A stretch of DNA of 64,000 nt, taken from assembly GCF_002113885.1 (NCBI RefSeq), contig NW_018479984.1:76388-140387 (forward strand), in the 5' to 3' direction. This DNA is from Mizuhopecten yessoensis (Eukaryota). Each line of letters starts with the position of its first letter. The first letter of the stretch is position 1. Shown here piece by piece: positions 1 to 13,129 of the stretch. The notes beneath the pieces are model-generated. The model made no database searches. It worked only from the letters and a program-made list of their open reading frames with translations, and had not been told where the DNA came from. The translations under genes were made by a program, and so were the position numbers.

Positions 1-959
1 AAAATAATTTCTATGTCTTTTAATTGGATAATGCGTTCTATGATAGGTGTCCTGTGGATATAACATCGATCCTTTAGGTTAAGGAGTCTGGGATACGTAA
101 ATATATTGAAGAATTTGTACAGATTAAACTAACCTGTTATTTACCAGTTTATCTCTGTAGTCTAAACAGAAATATAACGCATTTGCAGTGATCAAACAAA
201 ATATAAGTATGTCTACGTTTGAAGCAAACCAACTCCAGCTTAAATGCAAAGATAGCTGATATTGATGATGGCTTCAATATGTATATCAATTTATGATGCA
301 AACGTCATTATGATCACAAAGGACAATGTTACAATTCTAAATAAGATATCGTTTCAATATGTACATATGTAACCTTCACTGTGCTAGGTATTGCTATGTT
401 ATATTTGTAGGTAGGTGGATTGTGGAATACGAGGAATAGGCACTTCTTACTTTTAAACAGATGCGTAACAAAGTTTAATGAACCGGTTCAATACATAGAT
501 TCGGTTATATTAAGGGACGTTATATGACATACAGTTTTAGGTTTATTTTACAGTATATTGATAGTTGGTATTTCTGCTGAACTGTTAAACCTTGTCATAC
601 AGCCTCCTTGTTTGATGTAAGTATTGACGTATAGATGTGGTTTGGCAAAATGCTAATCGAAGAACACTGATAAATAAATTATAAACAGAAAAAAAAAGTG
701 ATTTTGTGGTAAAAGATATTTTTAAGCGAAATTACCAATGTTAATACGGGAAAGACATCGAAATTGTTTGCACTTTTATGGATTGTAAAATAAACAAAGC
801 AAATCGCTATACGCAATTTTGAAGTTCAATATTTCCAAGCTAATCCCAAATAAAAGAAAAAAACGTGATTCTTTTCAAAGATTTCAATTCCAAAAATGTT
901 CCGAACGTAAAGAACATATCTGCGATATTACCTATATTTATTACCTATATTTGTCCATC

Positions 960-1016
960 GACGTCCTAAAACTATCTAAGGTGTTGATAGGACGTTAAAC
1001 AAAATAAAACCAAAAC
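960..1016 (+). mobile_element. 5'-truncated SINE/LINE 3' tail in Wnt7 intron 2
   Basis: aggacgttaaacaaaataaaaccaaa at 989-1014 is identical to the tail of the element at 27512-27537. It is preceded by a stem-loop (acgtcct...aggacgt). Confidence 0.6.
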
Positions 1017-1103
1017 TTCTAAATCCAACAAGACAATCTTGGAAACAGTTTCAAGGTTGACAATAACTGTTAAGGGGAAGTCTTCTATTCCTTTTGTACT
1101 CAC

Positions 1104-1333
1104 CTACAGGATGGGTATTCCCAAACATGTTGTAGTCTGTTCCTATACTAGAGCAGTTCCAACGATTGTTTCTAAATTGATGACGACACTCCTTCATGCC
1201 CATCTGTACTCCCTCCCCAATAGTGACAATAGCGTCTGGTCTTTTCCTACATATAGACCGCTGTTTTGGTGCTAGTCCTGGAATCTTATTACAGATGATG
1301 TTAGCACGGAGGGCCACGACCTGCGAAAGTGCC
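1104..1333 (-). CDS. Wnt7: Wnt7 family ligand, coding exon 2 (230 nt, phase 2 in, phase 1 out)
   Basis: Translates (x)[77 protein letters not shown]. This closely matches WNT7A/7B exon 2 ([41 protein letters not shown]...ECQ.QFR.GRWNCS...VG). Acceptor on minus strand is gtgttttgtttttccag|G at 1334/1333; donor is GTAG|gtgagt at 1104/1103. Intron positions and phases match vertebrate Wnt7. Later exons lie left of the window. Confidence 0.96.
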
Positions 1334-2747
1334 CTGGAAAAACAAAACACAAACAATCAGGAATATGCTAATCAAACAGTGACATATTGTTGTATCATTT
1401 TATTGTTTTTTAATGACGAAGAAACCAATGAGAATTGTTTATGCTTAAATAATCCAGATATATAACAATATGTTAATGACATCATTACGCAGACAAATTC
1501 TAATACAGATTGATCTGCAGTTTTGAAAAAGGTGAAGCTGATATTAGTTTCCTTATCCATTGCTAAAGGTATTTACAATTGAATTCCCAGTGCGTATACT
1601 AGACTTGATAAAATGAGTTTACTGAAAGACTGTTACTTACGATTGTTTCATAATTCATAAATGTGTAAGAAATATTTCTTACATCACATTGTAAGGTAAA
1701 TGCTTGGTTTAAGGAAGAAATATTGGAGACAATTATGGGTAAAAATATGTTTAAGACCTATTATCATACTGTTACATGGAACGTTAATTCTACTACATGT
1801 AATTACATTGTTATCTACATGTCTTAACAATATTAAAAAGGTCTAGCATCTGAAAACATTTCGTGAACGTAAATAACAATAGCTAATGTTCACGATCCGA
1901 ATGTCAACAATAATTTTTTGTATCAGAACGAATGAGATGATTTGTCTAAGACATACGGGTAAAGTATCAAAGGGGATCATTGTATACAGTAACAAAAGTG
2001 CCCGGACCTCGGACGTTCCACCTAACAGTCAATGTTAATATAGCATGTAATATATATATATATTACATTTATGTACAAGTCGTAAAAGGTATATTTACAT
2101 GTTAAATATGTCCTGAAATCAAATGTATAAAAATCTGTCAATTCATATTATTATAAATAATAGCGAAACATGATTTGCTCTATGAGAACGAATAACATGT
2201 CAAATATATTCCTAGTAAAGTCAGAGTGGCGTCAATACCATGTAAAAACCTACACGGGTAAACTTCGCAATGTCGACGTTGTATTGACTACGAAAATATC
2301 TCAAATTAACTTATTCGAGATATCGTATTGATATTATATATATCCATAAACATCTTTGGACCAAAATCTCGACTTCGGCACTCAAGATATCTATGTTCCT
2401 AAAACAAAATTCTATGAAAACTCAATAATATTTTTCTCCAACTAAGTTCATGTTATGGCTTAAATTTGTCCATGTGATAATAGTTGCAGTAAACTCCTAA
2501 ATATAATAATAAAATTCTTATAATAAAATAAATCTAATCATGATTAGAATCGACGATAACAGAGTAAACATACTATATGTTTAAAGTGACGTTAATATTA
2601 TTTCACCAAAAGTAATATCAATTAAATCATATAACAGAATGATTCAATTGAATTATTAAACCGAAGTTGAAGTCCTTATAAAATAAAACTGTACTTAAAT
2701 TTATCGAATCAGATTTAAAGAATTGAGAACACAAACTTTCAACTTAC

Positions 2748-2818
2748 CAGGTGTACACCAAGAGCACTGTGAGGCCCTTGATGAGCGTGAGAATCGATAC
2801 TGTCATCGTAGCAAACAT
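2748..2818 (-). CDS. Wnt7: Wnt7 proximal first coding exon (1a), signal peptide MFATMTVSILTLIKGLTVLLVYT(W)
   Basis: ATG at 2818 with an in-frame TAA three codons upstream. 71 coding nt (23 codons + 2), then donor TG|gtaagt at 2747. Phase 2 joins in frame to exon 2 (TG+G = W, then ALSQVVA). The peptide is hydrophobic, and 71 nt is also the coding length of human WNT7A exon 1 as I recall it. Confidence 0.8.
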
Positions 2819-4225
2819 GCCTAATTATAAGCTCCTAACTGGTTCCCCCGGAGACATATATCAATCTAACCACCAAATCTTATTCACGTTTAGGGAGATA
2901 TGTGTTCATGGTACTAAACGCGTGTAATGCAATTTGTTCAGAGACCATAAACTGGATGTAAATAAATAATTCAGACGCAAATGTGATACAATCATACCCG
3001 GTTAACAACAGGAAGTATAATCACTCCTTACTCATCCCCTAACTCTAATGTAATATACCGTGAAGTGCAGTCTAGAGATGACATCACTAAATCGTTACAC
3101 TGACAAATAATGGTGACCAATTTCATCGATAATAAAACTCTATAGATGAACGTGAGAGATAGGTAAAGGGTCAGTAAGCCTTGCTTTAACTTCATTGCAA
3201 ACGTAACAAATAGGCGACATTCTTCGTACGACATGGGACGCAGCATAAACATATACATCTTATCTATACAGATTGGTATCTAAGACGAGACATCTTTACT
3301 TATAGGTAAAATGTATATAACATGTTAATGTTGCCGGCTTCTAGAATGGCAGCCAGGCGATAAAGTGATTCTCACGCATCTATAAAATATGTACCTTATC
3401 ACACCTACAACATATCATCAGCGGCACTCCTAAAATTTGTTAATCAAATTCCGATTTTGAAAATTGTTAAAACACATTTTTATGTGTAGGTTGATTTTAT
3501 CTCCTATCTGTCAAATCTTCCGACAATTACTTTTATTTTACGAGGAGCAATTACAGATTAAAATGATTTAAATTCAAAAATTTTAAAGATATATTTCAAA
3601 TATTTTGTTTTGTGGTAAATGTTATCTAAAGTAAATATCGGTTGGTGGTGAACGTTTTACTCTAATAGATGGTAGAGGCGCCAGACCACTTCCTAGAAAA
3701 TGCGTATGATTGTAAAAGTAACACTGTCAATAACACAATTTTAAATTACTTCACTTAAATATATCTACAGTGCTGGTAGTTTCAAATTTCCTGTCTCAAA
3801 CAAACACGGTACTCTTCTCCCGTCTGATGACAATATCTCCAGATTGTTATCAGAACCATTCGTTGTTATGACCTGATTGAAGAACATATTATAGTGTGTA
3901 AGAGGAGAGTAAGGAACATACACATAAGTTTATGTTGGTAAATATCACGTAAATCCCGGTCTATGGCAACACAGCCCTGTTAGCGTTTATCTACAAGGTG
4001 TATCTTCTGCCTAGAATTCACAATATACCCAGTATATACTGATACAAAGTAGTATCTATCATACAAAATGACATATAAATATATCGAACAACTCTCCCTG
4101 TTTTTTTTTATTTAAACAAAAATTAATTAATAACTTATTTAATTTCTTTGCAGGTTCAGTTTTGATATTGTACTCTACCTACACCGTTTAACATAGCTTA
4201 CGCAGCTCTGTGGGTGATCTCTGTG

Positions 4226-4252
4226 ATAATGTGAGAAATGTCACAAACAATT
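4226..4252. promoter_or_regulatory. 27-nt motif, copy 1 (contains TGTGAGAA, CSL/Su(H)-type, and TGTCA, TALE-type)
   Basis: ataatgtgagaaatgtcacaaacaatt, identical to 7955-7981; about 1.4 kb upstream of the exon 1a ATG. A regulatory role is inferred only. Confidence 0.4.
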
Positions 4253-6146
4253 CCAGTCTTATTTTTACTGTGTCGTGATCAACGCGTCTTATTTCATCCT
4301 CCTCTTAATTTCTATACTTTAAGGAGTTAACTTCAAAGGTTTAAAATTTAGTGTGATTTGGCATGTTCAACACTTGAGTATTAAATCAGTATTGTCAAGT
4401 GGTTACTCAGTGTTACGAGGGTCATGTTAGAGTAGTGACGAGTTCCACACGCTAGCTAGTATCAGACAGACAACAATGCCATGTCGGTCGGGGACCTATC
4501 ACGCGAAGTTAACATACCACCTTGTCCTTACGTCTGTAGGACTATCCAGAAATATCTACGAACTTAATAAGTTTAACATCGCACTTGTAGACATACTTGT
4601 TCATACACTTAAAATTCGTTAAATAAAAACAAATATTTAAATTGAATTATAAGAATAGAATCTGTTGGAATTTTAGATCAAACAATTTTACAACATTACC
4701 TGTAGTATTTTTGTAGCTTGAAACAAAAAATATCCAGTTATTTAAATATATGAGTTGATATATTTAACTGACAGGGTTTGTGAATTATTTAATGATTAAT
4801 TATTTCAGAAATATAGACATATACTGACATCATATGCTGAGGCCTATTATTTCCTGTTATCAGTCCACCCTTCAATACAATACTAGAGTGATATTTGAGT
4901 GACATCTACCGGCACATATGATCCCACAGTTCAGCTCTAGTTATTTGTTTCAATCCCTGTTAATACAGTACGTTACATGTGAATAGGTAATTTCAAATTA
5001 TCCTGAAATGTGTGTCAGAGTGACAAGTAAACCACTAGACGTCTCAGTGTTCACACTGACCGCCTGTGGTCAAGCTGAGGCCATAGCTAATTTCAACATA
5101 TGCAATGCTCGTACGAGTGTAGGTACATTATAAGATAACAATCTATAAGTTATGTATTCGTCTCTAATATATCATAATTGTCCTTGTATACTTGATTCGC
5201 CCTAGTTCTATATTTGTCTGCTTTCGTTTAAATGTCTGCATATTTTTGTATAACACAGGTTTATCGTTATCCGCCCCAGTTTTATCACTTTTATTCATGT
5301 TACATCTCACGGTATCATTTCTACAAGGTGTTATTTATATTTGAATATTTGAAGTAGGCTCTTGAAGTTTCTCAAATAATAATTTACACATAAACCCTAC
5401 ATGTTTTTTATGACATTGTTGCAGAGTATGCTCGGAAGTCATCCTTTTTAAATATACAGCAGAACTATTATTATACATGTTCAGGTGGTCGGCAATTAAT
5501 GTCGTTAAGAGGATAAACTCAATTTTAAATACTTTTTGCAGTTTGCAAATTAACCTGAAATGGGATCGCGGGATCAGTAGATGCGTGACTATAGTGTCGG
5601 TGTAAAAGTCACTCATGGACGGGTATTTTGCAAACACCTATTATTTATTTAAATACCCCAACTCTAGGTGGTATAGCACTTTGAGAGCAAAGTATTTATT
5701 TAATAGAGTAACCCGATATGCAGTAAACGCTGGTTTAGAACAAAGCTCTCCTCACCAAATAACTAGCGGGTAACGATACCTCGTGTCTAACCCTGATTTA
5801 ATTATATCCACTCCGTCTTAATTAGAACCATTGAGTTTTAAAGATGCCTTCTTGCTAACTCGTCCTGACAGTCTGTGATTGCTTGAACAGTCAAAGAATG
5901 GGCAAAAATGAAATAGATAGCTATACATGGGGGAGCTACGACAAGATCTTCCTACACAAATGGGATCTTTTTACAACAAAACAATGATCATATCCTACGA
6001 GCCTATCTGTACATCTGGGAATGTTATCACTCGCGTTTGAGAGCGGTGGAACTTCAGATAATGTATACCACCTATAGTTTTCATATTCAGTCATAAATGA
6101 TATTAAAAAAAATTGCATAAAATAAAAATGTCTCCCAATTACTCAC

Positions 6147-6220
6147 AAGAAATTTCCGTACACACAATAGGAGAGGTAGAGTATTCCCAGCAAGAACTTG
6201 GTGTGTCTGCTAGCTCCCAT
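6147..6220 (-). CDS. Wnt7: Wnt7 distal alternative first coding exon (1b), signal peptide MGASRHTKFLLGILYLSYCVYGNF(L)
   Basis: ATG at 6220 in strong context (A at -3, G at +4) with an in-frame TGA upstream. 74 nt (24 codons + 2), then donor TT|gtgagt at 6146. Phase 2 joins in frame to exon 2 (TT+G = L). Basic n-region (R, H, K) followed by hydrophobic h-region FLLGILYLSYCVY. Confidence 0.75.
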
Positions 6221-7954
6221 TATCTTCTGTATCTGTAGACATTCTCAGGTCATGCGACAACCCTCTCTGGAGAACTCCGGGTGTATTAACTAACACGACT
6301 ACAACACTGATTAGTGCATTTGTACAAATCCAATTCTGAATACTACAAACTATCTAACACGATATAATCATAATATCATAAGGATCCAAAAATAAAACCC
6401 GGTACAACAGTAATAGAACTGGAGTAACGCCTCGATCCCCACATGGTCCGAACTGAAACAGACAGAGGCAATCTGTTACACTGCTAACCTGTCCGTCTTT
6501 ATGAAATGATCATGTTTGATTGGTTTAAACACTGACAGGTAGGCTGGTTCAAAAACGTCCTCTCGGCGTCAAATTATCATTGGAAGTCACGCTTAATTGA
6601 GCACAAGTTGCCTCCCCCTGGTGTGTATCCAACAAGATAGTGTGAGATACGCTTGGGTCCTCTGTAGTTACATTGCTGGTACCAGGCAGAGTAAACATAC
6701 CTACATATCATATATCGCTCACCTCAAATGCATGTTTATCAGCCAAGTCAAGCATGCCTTTTTATTTCTGTTCGCCTTACAATGATAGTTAAAGTTAATC
6801 TAGGTCCGTCGATCTGTCACCTAAGCACTGTCAAGTAAGATATGATAGCTAGGGTATTACTCCACTCAACAGAAATATAAACAGTCGATGCCCAACAATC
6901 TTTACAGTATTTATTGCTCTCTGTGATTGCCAATACTACTTGATAATATTGGTTTCCTTTGAATATATACACATACATTGAAAGGTTATTGCAAAATGTA
7001 TCCGTGGGCTATTCCAGCAACAAGCCTTTGAATACGGTAATTTTATTTGTATGTGTATTTTGTATTGTGTTCCTGTGACGTGTCCATTAGGTGTCAATGT
7101 TCAAAGTTTACTTTGTCTCATTGCTTGGGCAGTTTTAATTTGGATTAAGCCAACATATAGACAAACAAACGTATATCAGTCATCACTTTAGAACATTTGC
7201 CATATCACATTCCGTAAACGTACGTTGAGTAATTATAAAGGCTGTAGTCAGCTTTTAACTGTTTTTCTAAAACTTTCCTTCTACTTAAAATACCGTAACC
7301 GTTCACTTTGAAATATTTCATAAACGGGCCATTTTTGTTGCAATTTGGTTTATCTTTTAATTTTCCTTTTAATTATGACATGAATGTAAAATGAATACTA
7401 AAGTTAATGCTTACTGATATATATAAAATATCAAAACTTTAGTGTGTGTCATTTGTAGAATATATGTTTTTTTTACACCGTGTCTTGAATTAAAATTCAA
7501 AGTATAATCAGTTACATATATGTTCCTTAGTGCAAATCAGTATATTTCTAACAGTTATGATAGATGTTCATTAAATATTGTTACGTGTAAACTATAAACA
7601 GGCATATCATACTGTAAAAAAGGAATGCTTGTCATCCATTACATGTTCCGCTATATGTTGGATCTAGGTGCACGGGGCTAGTATTCCAGTGATATAAATC
7701 ATGGCTCCTTTTACGTACAATAATCTTAAAAGTTTTCTATATTCACCTTTATTATGGTATCGAGTTTACCTAAATTACATTATCACAAAAGAAGAGAAAA
7801 AAGTCAATCAAGTCCTATTTCGACAAAAGGTTAAACAAAATATAACTAGATGATTAAGAATAAATGAGAGTATCCTATATACAATACAGTGGAAATTGCC
7901 ACTGTATGTTCATTTCAATTATTCCAGAAAACAATTGTCCTTATGATCTCGTCA

Positions 7955-7981
7955 ATAATGTGAGAAATGTCACAAACAATT
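7955..7981. promoter_or_regulatory. 27-nt motif, copy 2
   Basis: Identical to 4226-4252; about 1.7 kb upstream of the exon 1b ATG. Both copies are preceded by tgatctc. Confidence 0.4.
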
Positions 7982-10239
7982 TCCGATTGATCTTTATCTC
8001 AGTGTAATGATACGACTTTTTCAATATTCGAAATATAACACATGTTATCAAACTGTAGCGCCATATGTAACACTACAATGACGTCATATTGCCACAGTGA
8101 ACAATGTCAATTATGGCGACATATTTTCTTTTCATTCTGTGACAAAGTGTGTTATCTAACTAAGGAAAATAAAAAAAAGGGTAAAAAAGATTTTTAAAAC
8201 TCGTATCCATTCTTTCTTATGATGAAAGTCGATCAATCCATAAAAAAACGTACATGATTTAGATTTACGATGTGACTGGAAAGGGCTTTATTATCTATAA
8301 TTATTTGTCATATTTATATATTGTACAGCAAATTGTCGTACATCCGCTAACAATGAAACTGTGAATCAAGGTAAAAAAGTAACTATTATAACAAAATGAT
8401 TTCCTCTGTTTTCGGTCAGTCATCAGTACGATTCTGCTCTGTACTAAATACACGCTAATATTTCTAATTCAGGTTAAGACGGAGAATCTTATCCAGCTTA
8501 GATATATGACTTCTTGTGGGGTTTTTTTACGTTCTTACTATGAATCACAGATTGTTTAAGCTTTGGATTTTAGTACTGATATCAGTTATGTATATGATAT
8601 ATGTTGCATTATTTGCCTTTTGATGCACTGATGCAAGTTTGACCGTCAGGTTAGGTACACCGTTTGAGACGATTTATGTTGACGATTACAGGAGCATTAC
8701 TTGTAAATACAAAGCGATGAGAGAAGGCGTTACACGAGATAGGAACAGTGATATGACAGGTAGGATATCGCCGTATGATTCAGAGGATTTTGGAAACATT
8801 TACAGCGTACTTGTAAGCGAATGCATCACCCCATCAAAACGAGGCGAAGGTCAGTGGACGTAAAGAAAGACCCATAAAATAAACATTTGGGACGTTGACA
8901 GAAATGTACGTCATCATTGCTCATAGACTGATGTTAAGTTACCGGAAATGTATAAAGTGACTTCACTTTTTGGAATATGATCAGTTGTACTTAATGTGTA
9001 TATAATAATCATTAACAAGATTAGGTGTAATAAATACCAATATGATTAAGTATACTTAATACCAACATTGATAACGACCGGAACATTTATAGAATATTAC
9101 ATATTATTACAGATCTTAGTATTGAAATTATATACAATTTATTTATAATCTACGTTATTTTATTTTACTAGCTTCAATTGGTTGTAAATGTACATAATGT
9201 ATACATGTATACATGTAACATTTACAACTGTCCTTGTTGTGCATCCAAAGGTTGTGTTTCACCAATCGAGGTTTAATGCTCGTTGGTTTTCGCACCTGTG
9301 GCCTCTTGATAAAGACATCAACGGACTAGTAGCTGACGAAGGTAGCCACTTTCTGAGGTCACGTGAAATGAGAAGTAATAAACAGGTGATTGAGTGATGG
9401 TGTGTATGACACTGTACGCATGGTCAAGGAAACCATTTACTGTGAATATAACCAGCCTGTAAAGCGATCCCCTTTAAATATACACACATAACTAAACTAT
9501 ATCGACGCTAGTGTTGATATCGTCAAGCTAGTTGACATCTCACTAATGAATTACATATCTGATGTTCAAAGTTGTGAATTCTAAAGATATCATCACACAT
9601 TTTAGCGGAAAAGTATCACCCATAACAGGTTAAGGTATACTAAAAGCCTAAAGGCAAATCACTTTTTGATATATACTAGGTTCATCTCTAGATAGCAGGC
9701 TAGCGAGCAGTTATTTCGATAGAAAAGTATGTTGAAAGTATGAACATTAGTATGAAAAAGTTCACTTAAACCTCAGGACAGAATGATGACCTTTGACAAC
9801 TGATTTGCAGAAAATTACACTAAAAGCAATTACTTTAACTGATCAGGTGAAATAGAAAAATTCTGTGGTGTATATATGTCAGACCTGTGGTAGATTGTGT
9901 CCATGCGTGTGGACGCTATGGTTTATTTTGTCCTTGTGTTTTGGTCCTGTGATGCGTTTTGTCCAGGTGTGTGGTAGATTTCGCACTAGTGTGTTGACCT
10001 TGTAATATGTTTTGTCCAGGTGAATGGTATATTTTGTCCTTGTGTATTGATCTAGACTGACCACTGTCTCTAGAATATTGAACTAGTAAGAAAAAGTTTA
10101 ACTCAAAACATTTTGATCACTTGGATGTCTGATTATAGAGTTTTAAACTAGGGGGAGATAAGTTAGTAGTAAAATGCAGCTGCGAAAATCTTCATTAAAC
10201 TTAGGGGCTGGTAGCCAGTCTAGTAATGATCACGTAATA

Positions 10240-11690
10240 TGTTTTGTCCAGGTGTATGGTATATTTGATTCTTGTGATTTAACCCTGTGATATAATTTTG
10301 TCCAGGTGTAAGGTATATTATGTCCTTGTAAATTGATCCTGTGATATAGTTTGTCCAGGTGTAAGGTATATTATGTCCTTGTGAATTGATCCTGTGATAT
10401 ATTTTGTCCAGGTGTAAGGTATATTATGTCCTTGTAATTTGATCCTGTGATACATTTTGTTCAGGTGTAAGGTATATTATGTCCTTGTAAATTGATCCTG
10501 TGATACATTTTGTTCAGGTGTAAGGTATTTTATGTCCTTGTAAATTGATCCTGTGATACATTTTGTTCAGGTGTAAGGTATTTTATGTCCTTGTAAATTG
10601 ATCCTGTGATACATTTTGTCCAGGTGTAAGGTATATTATGTCCGTGTAAATTGATCCTGTGATATATTTTGTCCAGGTGTAAGGGATATTATGTCCTTGT
10701 AAATTGATCCTGTGATACATTTTGTTCAGGTGTAAGGTATTTTATGTCCTTGTAAATTGATCCTGTGATATCTTTTGTCCAGGAGTAAGGTATATCATGT
10801 CTTTGTAAATTGATCCTGTGATATATTTTGTCCAGATGTAAGGTATATTATGTCCTTGTAAATTGAACCTGTGATATATTTTGTCCAGGTGTAAGGAATA
10901 TTATGTCCTTGTAAATTGATCCTGTGACATATTTTGTCCAGGTGTAAGGAATATTATGTCCTTGTAATTTGATCCTGTGATACATTTTGTCCAGGTGTAA
11001 GGTATATTATGTCCGTGTAAATTGATCCTGTGATATATTTTGTCCCGGTGTAAGGTATATTATGTCCTTGTAAATTGAACCTGTGATATATTTTGTCCAG
11101 GTGTAAGGAATATTATGTCCTTGTAAATTGATCCTGTGATCTATTTTGTCCCGGTGTAAGGTATATTATGTCCTTGTAAATTGAACCTGTGATATATTTT
11201 GTCCAGGTGTAAGGCATATTATGTCCTTGTAAATTGATCCTGTGATATAGTTTGTCCAGGTGTAAGGTATATTATGTCCTTGCAAATTTTTCCTGTGATA
11301 TATTTTGTCCAGGTGTAAGGCATATTATGTCCTTGTAAATTGATCCTGTGATCTATTTTGTCCCGGTGTAAGGTATATTATGTCCTTGTAAATTAATCCT
11401 GTGATATATTTTGTCCAGGTGTAAGGAATATTATGTCCTTGTAATTTGATCCTGTGATACATTTTGTCCAGGTGTAAGGTATATTATGTCCGTGTAAATT
11501 GATCCTGTGATATATTTTGTCCAGGGGTAAGGTATATTATGTCCTTGTAAATTGAACCTGTGATATATTTTGTCCAGGTGTAAGGTATATTATGTCCTTG
11601 TAAACTGATCCTGTGATATATTTTGTCCAGGTGTATGGTATATTTAACTCTTGTTAGTTAACCCTGTGATACATTTTGTCCTTGTGATTT
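10240..11690 (+). repeat. 53-bp tandem array, about 27 copies
   Basis: Unit ttttgtccaggtgtaaggtatattatgtccttgtaaattgatcctgtgatata; gatcctgtga recurs at 10388 and 10441. Degenerate related sequence at 9885-10050 and 11690-11950. Confidence 0.97.
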
Positions 11691-12674
11691 GACCCTGTGT
11701 ATTTTATCCTTGTGTTTTGACCATGTGATACACCTAGTCCAGGTGTATGGTATATTTTATCCTTGTGTTTTGACCCTGACATATATTTTGCCATTTTATA
11801 TTAATCCTGTGCTATATTTTGTACAGTTGTGTGGTATATGTTTCCCTTGTGTTTTGACTCTGAAATATATTTTACCTTTGTGTGTTGACCATGTGGTCTT
11901 TTTCCATGTAGGTAGATGATATGCTGTGTTATATTTTGTCCTTTTGTAGTGATATTGTGGATTGTTATTGTTTTCATTGTACTTTTTCCTTGATAAATTT
12001 TCACTTACTTATATATAAAAGACACCTCACGAAGAGAAAATAAATCGTTTATAAAATATGAGGTTACATAAATCATTACAGAGTGTGATTGACATGATAT
12101 ACCTAGACTCTACAGATTACTTTCATACTTATGTTTTCTTAATTAAATTTTGGGAAGTTCAGAATATTGATAGGTAAAATATCGTGTATTTTTGTTAAAA
12201 TATCATTCGAATACAAATAATTTACAAGACGGTAGAATGTCTAAAGCTATGAATATGAGTTGATTTGAAGCTATATTTCAATTTCATGGCAAATAAAACT
12301 GTGTAACTGAATGTACGGCATAAGACTGACGTAGTTTATACAACCTTGTCGCCTCTAACATAATAATTTCCATAGACTGTTCTTCGTGTCCGCATTAAAT
12401 TTCAAAGCAAATCCAATGTACATGTTGGCAAGCTATGAAACGCCAAGTGGTGTAAGTGGTCTTTCAGGTTTTTTTAAAATCCAAGACGTTGAACATAACA
12501 CAAGCATGAATTTTTTCACCTGACTTCACTGGTTGATTTGGGGTTTATTGAGCGCTGTCACAAAGGGTCTGGTGGTAAAGAGGGGACCTGATGTCTCTAC
12601 AACTCTACACTCATCGGGACAAGATCAAAGGAGCCCGGCTCGGGTTGTACCGCCCACAGTGGCACGCTAGCCCT

Positions 12675-12930
12675 ACATCAAGGTATAGAGAAAGGCTGGC
12701 TCCCAAACAAGTTATAGGCAAGGTAGATACGTATTTATACACGTTATTCCTGCATCAAGGTATAGAGTAGGGCTGGTTCCAAAACAAGGTATAGAAAAGG
12801 GCTTGTTCCAAAACAAGGTATCGGCAAGGCAGATACGGATTTATACACGTTATTTCTGCATCAAGGTATAGAGTAGGGCTGGTTCCCAAACAAAGTATAG
12901 GCAAGTCATATACGGATTAATACACGTATT
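12675..12930 (+). repeat. short composite repeat
   Basis: Several copies of caaggtatagagtagggctggttcc and of atacggatttatacacgttatt. Confidence 0.8.
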
Positions 12931-13129
12931 ACAAATAAAACCAACGTGTGGAAATAAGGAACTGTTTTATACTGCAATTTTTATAACGAGTATAGTTACA
13001 CAGTTATAAACTGTAACTATGTTATAACGAATAAATCTTACATGGACTTATACTGTAATTGTTTTATCACAAAAAAATCGTATTCGGTTTTATACTGCAA
13101 TTTCTATTACGAACAGATCGTTCACAGTT

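Noticed and set aside
1051-1356. 101-aa ORF as a complete gene
   Set aside because: Only 1333-1104 is Wnt-like. The ends are intronic read-through past clear splice sites.
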